A DNA stretch of 61,330 nucleotides from NCBI GenBank assembly GCA_000442015.1, contig KE561300.1, positions 124,001 through 185,330 on the forward strand, written 5' to 3'. The notes under the pieces were generated by a model. It did no database searches, was not told where the DNA came from, and saw nothing but the letters and a program-made list of their open reading frames with translations. Origin of the DNA: Rozella allomycis CSF55 (taxonomy: Eukaryota). Each line of letters opens with the position of its first letter. The first letter of the stretch is position 1. This document shows, piece after piece, positions 52,801 to 61,330 of the stretch. A program made the translations under genes and the position numbers.

Positions 52801-55015
52801 ACCATAGCTTGTGGGTGAATTGTCTCGTTTACTTTCTTGTGGCGTCTTTTGTTTCCGCTCGCTCTTCGGAATCTTGTTGACCTTGCCTCTAAAGCTCTTG
52901 GCAATATTCATATCTATCTCAAACAACAATTTTTCACCATTTTTAATAAATTTATTAACGTCATTTTCTTCATTTATCTCAATCTCTTCTCCGAAACTCG
53001 GACTTTTCTCACTAGACTCGACAATTTCTTCCGCAGAATCTTCTTGCATCCTGAACAACTGTGTCTTCGCGGTTCCCTTCCACGCAACCCCGTTCATCAC
53101 GTTACACTTCAGCTGGCACGACTTCCCGTCTGCTCCTTGAATGTCCAGCTGCACATCGCCATTCGGAAAATTCTGAGTTATTACCGATGCAGCACACTCG
53201 AAAGGTTTTCCTAATAAAACATTAAAAATTGACTCCCCTTGCGTGACATAACACGGGACCTCGACTGTCACCCCATGAAAAGTAATGGGTAGTGCATGAA
53301 TGCAGCCAACTGCCATTCGGATTTAACATATTTATGGTCGCCTTAGCGTCAATACCGCCTAACAACTGCAAGTAAACACTCTCACTCATGACATTGATCT
53401 CCGAGCCGGAATCAATTGTCACTTCAACCTCCACGCCGCCGACTTTGGCAGGTACTTTCACAACTTTAGTCCTGTAAATCCCTTCTGACCTAAATCTTCT
53501 CACAATTGCTTCATGCATTTCTTCCACATGCTCCATCTCTTCTTGGCTCACTGCATTCACTTTCACTGCTTCCACAGGTACTCTTATTTTTCAGAAATAA
53601 TGCCAGATCCTTCGAAATACTTGGCGATGCTCCTAAAATCTGTTCAATGCTCATCTCCACCTTCTGACTTAGAATTCTATTCATGATTGCCTTAGTGTCA
53701 ACGATTTGTTCTGCAGGACTCTTGTGCATGGTCTTCTTCTTCATCTCCAAAGCTGGTGGTCTTGGGATCGGCATTGTTTCTGGTAATTTTAATGTCACCT
53801 CCTTCTTATCTATTTTTCGTCTTTTCATTTCCTCATCCAACTCCTCGTTCATCCATTTTGCGCCATCACCTCCGCGTCGATTGTCTCACCTTCTACCTCT
53901 TTCATAATCCTCACGAAGACATCATTCTCACTCGGCATTCTTGGTGCTTCTTGCATCTTGAACAACATTGCTCTTGGCTGGTTAGTCTTCTCCTGAAATC
54001 TTCGCTCAGCTTCAACTCTCATTCCTCCGTTCCCGAAATTGATCTTCAGTCGATTCCCGTCACAGTCGCAGATAACTTTGCTTCCATCTCTCTCAACACT
54101 CTGCACAATCCCATTTTTCACTGCCGCTTCAAACAATAAACAATTCTTCAAATACGGGTTGGTGTCGCCACAGTAAATACATTCATTTGAACGTTGCCCA
54201 GTAGTTACATTTTGCGGTGCTTCCATCATTCGATCGCGCCGTGATCGCCAGCGCCATCGCCTGAAACAGTCCAGAGAGATCTGCAACAGATGCTACGGAA
54301 TTACTTGACTTCGTGACTGCGTGTACAACATTAGCTTCACCCTTCGTCTCCTGAACTTCTTTTTCTTCTACGTTCTCAAACTCGAAGGTCTTAATGTTCT
54401 TTAAGGTCGTCAACAGCTGAGTAGACTCATCGTCGATTTCTTGGTTGTCTTCGATGATGCGTATCAGGGATTTGATGCTCTGCTTCTTCACGTCATCCGA
54501 CGTGTAGTCGCCAAAGACTTTCTTCACTAATGTTTCTGGTAAGCTTAAAAACAGTAACTTCACAAGATTTCTCTCAATTAGTCAACTTCGCTCTCATCCA
54601 TACTCTCGTACATAGCCTTCAAGCTCGACAATAAAATGCTCACATCGTCCGACCTCTTGGCCAGGCTCATAAAATCATCCATTCCGTACTTTACGTCAAA
54701 CTTCCCATACTTGGCTTTTATTGACCTCGTTAATCTTCTAAAACTTCTCCCAAGTGACCTGTTCCTCTTCCGCAGCTCTCACTCGGTCAACCAACTCCTT
54801 CACATCCTCAAACAAATACTTCTCACACATGTACGGAAAGATACTAAACACTTCTTCAATACTTTTGCCTTGCATAACCATCAGCTTCTCGTACTCCCAC
54901 ATGAACTGGCCAACTTTCTTTCCTGCGAAAGGGGTAAAACCACCTTCCACGATGTTCGCACCACTTATGAAAGTGCCAGAAGGGGCGCGCGACTTAGACT
55001 CTTTAGCAGTAGACA
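49900..55015 (-). mobile_element. Degenerate Ty3/gypsy LTR retrotransposon internal region
   Basis: Order gag - protease (IDSGSEIN) - RT (LPQGW, YIDD) - RNase H (ERNYS..KECLA) - integrase (VHVDL, ADNG, YHPQANGVVER); multiple frameshifts; bounded by n49899 and n55016, LTRs not seen. Confidence 0.93.
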
Positions 55016-56377
55016 NCATTTTCCAAATTAACTTGTTAAATATATCAAGAGGATAAACTAAAGATATGAAAAAACGAAATTTGTTTAATGTGTTACTGTT
55101 GTAGCCAGTAGCACCAAGAATTTCTTGTGATTTCTTTGGAGTTTCTTCAGACAAATTCTATTTTTAGTTAATTTATCTATTTCTAGTTATTGTATTAATT
55201 AAATACTTGAATTTCTTTTTCTAATAAGTTTTGAATTCAATTCTCTCCAACAAGTCTCGCATTACTCGTTAAATCGGACGGGGAGTTTATAAGTTAAAGC
55301 TATAGAAAAGTTATAAAGCTAATTGTGGCTAAGAACGAAGATTTAGATGCTAAGGTTCAAGAAATACTTCAAGAAAAAGAAGAACGTACGATATAGAATT
55401 AGAATGTAAGCATAAAGACATTAAATAAATAGATATAATGTATTATTATGTAGGTATATATCAAGCTGGTCTATTAAATAGGAATTGAATTTTAAGAACA
55501 GGAGCTAGATGATATAGCATTGAAATATTTTTGTTGGTCGCTATAAATATCACAACATGTGCCAAGCCACACAAAAAATGTTTTTCTGGAGTCTGTTGAC
55601 ATTTGCTACGATCCTATTTAGAACTTTTGTAGCCGCATCTCCAACTCTTGGATTATCTGAAAGTGAGTTTACACGCAAACTTGACAAGTTTATTCACATG
55701 AAAGACTTGAATGATGTAGACGAAGCCAATGATATGTTAGAATTTATAGGAAGCAATAATTTACCAACAGGAATTCCTTGGAATCAATTTAAGGAAGTCA
55801 CAAATCAAATTTTTGAATGTTTGAAGGCGGAAACTCTTAGACAGCCAGCATGCAAGGCATTTGAAAAAATTGTATCGGTAGATAATAACAAATACTTTAT
55901 GTATAATGGAAGACGAAAATATGATATTAAGCCTTATATGTATAAGTTATTAGAGAACATCAATGAAGCATCCAGGTATTTAGACCAAGAGAGTCTTCTC
56001 TACGTTTACAAAAGTGTTGCGTCTATTATTGAATATGGATATGCTGGCAATAATTTAAGAGATCATGAAAATAATTATGCTAAAAGCATTATGTCTGTGC
56101 CGAATGAAATGATTGAAGAGGTGTGGAAAGCAATTCATAATGACAATACTGAAGGGGTTAATGTTTTGGATGAAAATCAAATTGATAAAATATTAAATAT
56201 TTTAAATATGTATAACGCGGCGCCTCATTATAGTCTTTTTCATCAACATATTTCAAAGAACATATTTGATTTGTTTAGTAAATTTATATTCAATAAAGAG
56301 ATTGTGGATGCGTCTGGAAAAACGGAAGAAATGATGAATGGATTTAGTAAATTTTCTTATTCTTATGTAATCAACGC

Positions 56378-56427
56378 CGGTCAGCGCAACCTCCATGCGG
56401 ATGGCCCTCAAAAGACTTAAACTACCG
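56378..56427. mobile_element. 50-bp insert with CGGT...ACCG ends, flanked by a 12-bp direct repeat
   Basis: tgtaatcaacgc at 56366-56377 and 56429-56440; n at 56428, so it may be the edge of a larger collapsed element or an artefact. Confidence 0.4.
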
Positions 56428-56617
56428 NTGTAATCAACGCTCAAAACTTTGAAGATTTATATTCAATTTTAAAAGTCATTTATAATGACGGAGCAAATAT
56501 TGACAGTTTAAAAGAATTTTTAGAGTGGATGGATTCATATTCTCAGCACATCGAGTCACTTAAAACTATCAATGATGAGGAAATGTTCAAGTTAAGAATC
56601 GCTTGGGGTATCATTAA

Positions 56618-57058
56618 TGTCGTAATGAGGCTCACCATTACGGCTTTATAAATCTAAATGAATGAAATAGAAAGAAACTTAGTTAAGAATAAACGTAAGT
56701 CGTATGAGAACGGATTATCCGTATGTTTATTTATAATATCTCCGAGCCTTTTATCTCGGTTTTATTCTATTAATAGTAATTCAGAGATCCTAAGAGATCC
56801 AGCTTGAGTCAACATCAATGAGTATGAATTCTATGTTGTTTATCACTAATAGAACCTAATATTATCGTTATTGGGGTTATGACTTCGATGTTATCGTCAA
56901 TAACCATGATTATGATTTATGTGTAGGTTTAGTGTAATTTAAGACTCTATGTACTCACTGGATGCAGGTCATAATTATCTTAATGACAACTGGTGGTATA
57001 TTAGGACCCTTATTAGGACATTAATGTCCGTATTACCCTTATTTCGTCAGGTATGACA
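56618..57058. mobile_element. Solo LTR, 441 bp
   Basis: TGTCGTA...TATGACA inverted termini; 5-bp TSD ATTAA (56613-56617, 57059-57063); excision restores ...WGIINNVNLKF. Confidence 0.85.
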
Positions 57059-59489
57059 ATTAATAATGTTAATTTGAAATTTGAGTTCAAGGATTATTAC
57101 AGGCAAGCTAGAGTTTTATTTAATGCTGTAGCCAAATCAAACAGTATATCGGACGAATTCATGGATTATTCAATTGAAATGCATAGGCAAATTATGCATG
57201 AATTTGACGTCGCAAGCTTATCCTCCAATCTCGATTCTGAATTTATGAGTGATTTGAAAGAATTTAGAAAGGAAGTAGTGGATTTTGTTATTAGAATATC
57301 TACTAATAGTAATCGACACATGGTCGTGTGTCGGGAAATGGTGTATGAAGAGATTGTCCAAAAAAAGTTTATTTTGGATGAAGATATTATCAATCTACTT
57401 CCGATTATTTTACGCGAAGATTCTCTAAGTTTTCAAGACGCGTCGACTTTTGAATCTATACTGAGCAATTTAATTGAGAAAAACTTAAAGGATGAAGATC
57501 TTAACAATGAAACTGAATCCGTTTTAAAATTTATTGAATCTCTTGGAGAATTATCACATGTTCACCCCGATCGTTTTAAAGAACTTATGGATAAAGTTAT
57601 TATTGCTTTTGGGCATCAATCTAAAAAAGTTTCCAGCGCTGGTTTAAAAGCATTTAATAGAATATTAAAATCATTTTCTCAAGATATTTTAAGTGAAAAT
57701 GTTTTAGCAAATTCTAGACGATTTTATGAAGAAAGATTAGACTCGACATTTGAACAATTCCTATTTTGTTGTACTGACAAGTTGGATAGTAATTTAAATA
57801 TTTTGATCATAAAATTAGATGTCGATCAACATTCTGAAAGTCTTTATAATTTATTTAAGTTTGCTTTGAACTACGATAAGTCGGATTTACGTCTTAAAGA
57901 AATGACAACAAAATTGTTATTGCAGAGGTTTCCTTTCTTGAAAGAAAATAATCTTGCTGATTGGGTTAATAATCTCGTCAATATTGATATTGAAAATGGC
58001 TTGGAAGCCTTTAGAGGTCATCTAGCCTTATTTAATGAATCCAAGGAAAGAAAATTGGATGGCACAAGGACATGTATAAAGGACACGATTAAAACCAGAT
58101 TAATGGCTGGTGCTGCTTTGGCCATGGGCTTTACTTCCTTCTTTTTCAACAATATTGCTACGCGTCAAGATGTTAGCGCATCTGTTGCTACCATTCCAGC
58201 CAACGCTCCTGTCGTAAGTTTACACCAAGAACCTCAAGAAGCTAAAGGTAGTGTTCAAACACATACTATGAAGCATGCTACAAAGGAAAGCAAAGATGTT
58301 ATCATCTACCAAGATCAAAAACAAGTTATTGGTATTAATATTAATGACCACAAGGTTAACGAAAAAATGCCTAGTCATCAAGCTAAGCCAGTGCCTACAG
58401 AGGATAAAATAATTACAGCCATTCATGGAGATCAAGCCAATGATAATCTCAAAAAGAGAGTCGATGAAATAATAGGCAAAAGGCTTAATAATGGTAATGG
58501 TTTTTCTTTGGCTAAAAGTACTTCAGCGATTACTATTCTTGAAGATAATATTTCTTCTGAGAACTTGCTGGATGCATATAGTCGCGCAACCACTGAAAAT
58601 CAAATGAAGGCTTGGACCTTGACAGAATCCCTTATTGTTCAAGGTCTTTTTTCCATTGCTGAAGGGTAAATGAATTTTCAATCATTGAATTTAGGTTGGG
58701 CGTTTATTTAATACTTTTGTATTACTTGGTCAATGGATTAGCTACTCTTGATTATTCATCCATTTTGAAAAGACAAAAACGTGTACCTCCTGTAGTACAG
58801 GTAGAAGAACCACCAACTAAAAGGTTGCAAATATATGAAGATTCAAATGATCAACCAAACGTTAATCAAAATCAACGTAATGACAGTGCAAACGCCGTTT
58901 TAAATCAAAGTATTGAGAAACCAAAAACTCAAAGTACTGAGGATGTAAATGTTGTTTCAAATCAAAGGAAGGAGGTAGTTAAAAAACAATGCGAAATTTC
59001 TGAATCTCGCGAAAAAGATATTGCTGAAAACAGTGATATTACTCACGAGACTCAACCGATTGACAAAGATTCATCATCCAGCATAGACGAAAATAAATTA
59101 GTAGAAAACAGCAAAGCTGATATGAATGTAGAACTAGTTAACGCAGAACAAGGAAGTAATGACATTGCCAGAAATACAGTCATTATCGTGGGAAGCATTG
59201 CTGCTAGTCTTGGATTGTTAGGTGCTGCATCTCTTGCATACAAGAAGCATAAAAAAGCATCCTTTTAACTTAATAAATCCTATCTGTCTATACTATTTTG
59301 TATTTATCGGACGGGAGTTTACAGAATTTAGGCATCATATGTCGTTTGGTTCTATATAGCCAACTTAAACTGGAATAACTAAGATAGTCGCATATTTATA
59401 ACTCTAAAAATCTTAAAATTTTTAATGATCTTGATCTGTCAATGTAATTCTTTAGCTAGGAAGTGGCACTTCATAAATACGACATCGGT

Positions 59490-61330
59490 ATGTTATCCAG
59501 CCCAGTCAAGCTTGCATTTGCAACTCTAATCTCTGTCCTAATCACTCATTCCCTAGTTAAGGTTACATTAAACCAAAGCTTTTTCTATATAGCACCAATT
59601 CTAGTCAACGAAATTACTCCAGGTAACAATTAATATCTTCGGTTAAAGATGTAAAGTACATTATTGAAAAAGAACACGAATATCTAAAGAAATTTGCATT
59701 TTCGCCTGAATTTTTTGATGAAAGGTTTTGGACTTCAATGGCGACGTCATTAATGTAAAAAATATTCTTCAATATTAAAGCTATCTGGACTCGTGTGATT
59801 CATATTTAAGTGTAAGCAGAGTTCACATTTCATTGTCAAAGTAAGGCATAATTAAGCATTCAATGGAGTGACAGTGCCGCGGAGTTCAATGATTCTGTTG
59901 CTCGACCTTCAGTTATAAGTTTCTTATTTGCGGAAGTATTAAACCAAACTTATCACAAACAATATAATACAAGCATCAGAATTGGAAACTCAAGTTACAC
60001 CTTCCCCTGCGTTCTCAGAGTTCAAATTCCACAATACAGACCTAGAAAAACAGATAAATGGCTAGTAAGTCCCATTATTAAGACATGAAAAGGGTCCTGA
60101 AGATCCAAGATTATTTATGGATCCCACGGGCATCCCTTACGTGGTGTTTAACATGGATCCAGGTCTTGGCCACCGTCGNCGAAAGATGTAAAGTACATTA
60201 TTGAAAAAGAACATGAATATCTAAAGGGATTTGCTTTTTCACCCGAGTTTTTTGATGAAAGGTTTTGGACTTCAATGGCGACGTCATTAATGTAAAAAAT
60301 ATTCATCTTCAACATTAAAGCTATCTGGACTCGTGTGATTCATATTTAAGTGTAAGCAGAGTTCATTTTTCATTGTCAAAGTAAGGCATAACTAAGAATT
60401 CAATGGAGTGACAGTGCCGCTGAGTTCAATGATTCTGTTGCTGGACCTTCAGTTATAAGTTTCTTATTTGCTGAAGTATTAAACAAAACTTATCACAAAC
60501 AATATAATACAAGCATCAGTATTGGAAACTCAAGTTACACCTTCCCTTGCGTTCTCAAAGTTCAAATTCCACAATATCGGCCTAGAAAAACAGATAAATG
60601 GCTAGTAAGTCTCATTATTAAAACATGAAGAGGGTCCTGAAGATCCAAGATTATTTATGGATCCCACAGGCATCCCTTACGTGGTGTTTAACATGGATCC
60701 AGGTCTTGGCCACCGTCGAATGTTCATGTTGAATTTGGCAACAAAAAAGATTGTAGCTCTTCGGATTGTTAACAGAAAGCAAGAGGAATGGGAGAAAAAT
60801 TGGGCCCCATTAATCAGTGAAGGTAACCTGTATTTCGTCCAACAACTGAATCCGTTAACAGTATTAAAGTGTTCCTGGTCAGGATTTTGCACATCTTTAA
60901 TGAGTCATCAAACAAAGATCGGTATTTTAAGAGGTGGGACACCATTTGTGAAATTGGCGGCCGTTGACGAAAACGAAGATTATTATGTTTCACTGGCTAG
61001 GTCAAACGTAAAATGCTTCTCATGTGCACATTCTATATACAGGCCGCACTTCTTCATAATTAAGAAAAAAGCAATGCAATTTACAACTTTGTTTGTCAGT
61101 AATGTGGTTTCATTTTCTGGATTGGTTTTTAACGAGACGGTACCAAATCAAGTTTACAACAGTGACTTAATATGCAAATATAAACGCATTATGATACCTT
61201 ATTCATTGAGCTTTGTTAACGATGATGCTATCGTATCTGTGGCCATACAAGATGTTCAAACAAAGGTGTTAGTCATAAAAGGATTAAAGAAGGAATTGAT
61301 GGCATTAATTCAAGGCGCAAATGATGAAGA
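59490..61330 (+). CDS. Beta-1,2-mannosyltransferase (Bmt, GT91)-like type II membrane protein; runs off the window end
   Basis: N-terminal TM; WTSMATSLIYL...VSRVHFS, GPEDPRL, EKNWAP, PLTVLKC, LRGGT, ARSNVKCFSC..IYRP. Confidence 0.78.
59645..60718. repeat. About 535-bp duplication across n60179 inside the Bmt gene (divergent haplotypes or tandem paralogues)
   Basis: 59645-60178 vs 60182-60718, a few percent divergent by eye, including an intronic indel. Confidence 0.88.

Larger units (their letters stand above)
55557..59268 (+). pseudogene. Large signal-peptide, HEAT/ARM-like, membrane-anchored protein gene interrupted by two insertions
   Basis: Removing 56378-56440, the LTR plus one TSD, and a 29-nt intron near 58666-58694 joins three ORFs and an unlisted middle segment into one frame ending in a TM helix + KKHKK. 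Confidence 0.7.

Overview
Gene-dense, AT-rich eukaryotic nuclear DNA from a flagellated, early-diverging fungus-like organism. It most resembles Rozella/Cryptomycota; this is inferred from gene content and intron size, not verified. I modelled about 35 protein genes by hand. Housekeeping genes: Argonaute, PTC1, calcineurin A, PheRS-beta, RPL3, RPL38, MPG1, CHD1, ABD1, RRP36, GPI11 and mitochondrial S18. Ciliary genes: CCDC61, NME5, PTPDC1 and SPAG1. Genes not known from Dikarya: SLBP and nicastrin. Candidate parasite effectors: two signal-peptide + F-box paralogues and a Crinkler-like REase-kinase. Also present are a GT91 beta-mannosyltransferase, a partial tRNA-Thr, a LINE fragment, a decayed Ty3/gypsy element and a solo LTR. 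Thirteen single 'n' bases mark contig joins. The most striking signal is the splicing system. About 110 hand-delineated introns are nearly all 26-32 nt, start GTA, and show no visible branch-point consensus or pyrimidine tract. AGs closer than 26 nt to the donor are skipped, even in favour of GAG. At five sites the reading frame or protein alignment favours a non-AG acceptor (TG or GG) at 27-31 nt. The only two long introns (56 and 58 nt, both in CHD1) are each two unit-length introns joined AG|GT with a zero-length exon. Together this suggests length-ruler splicing with recursive removal of stacked micro-introns. All splice models come from DNA only and need RNA-seq.
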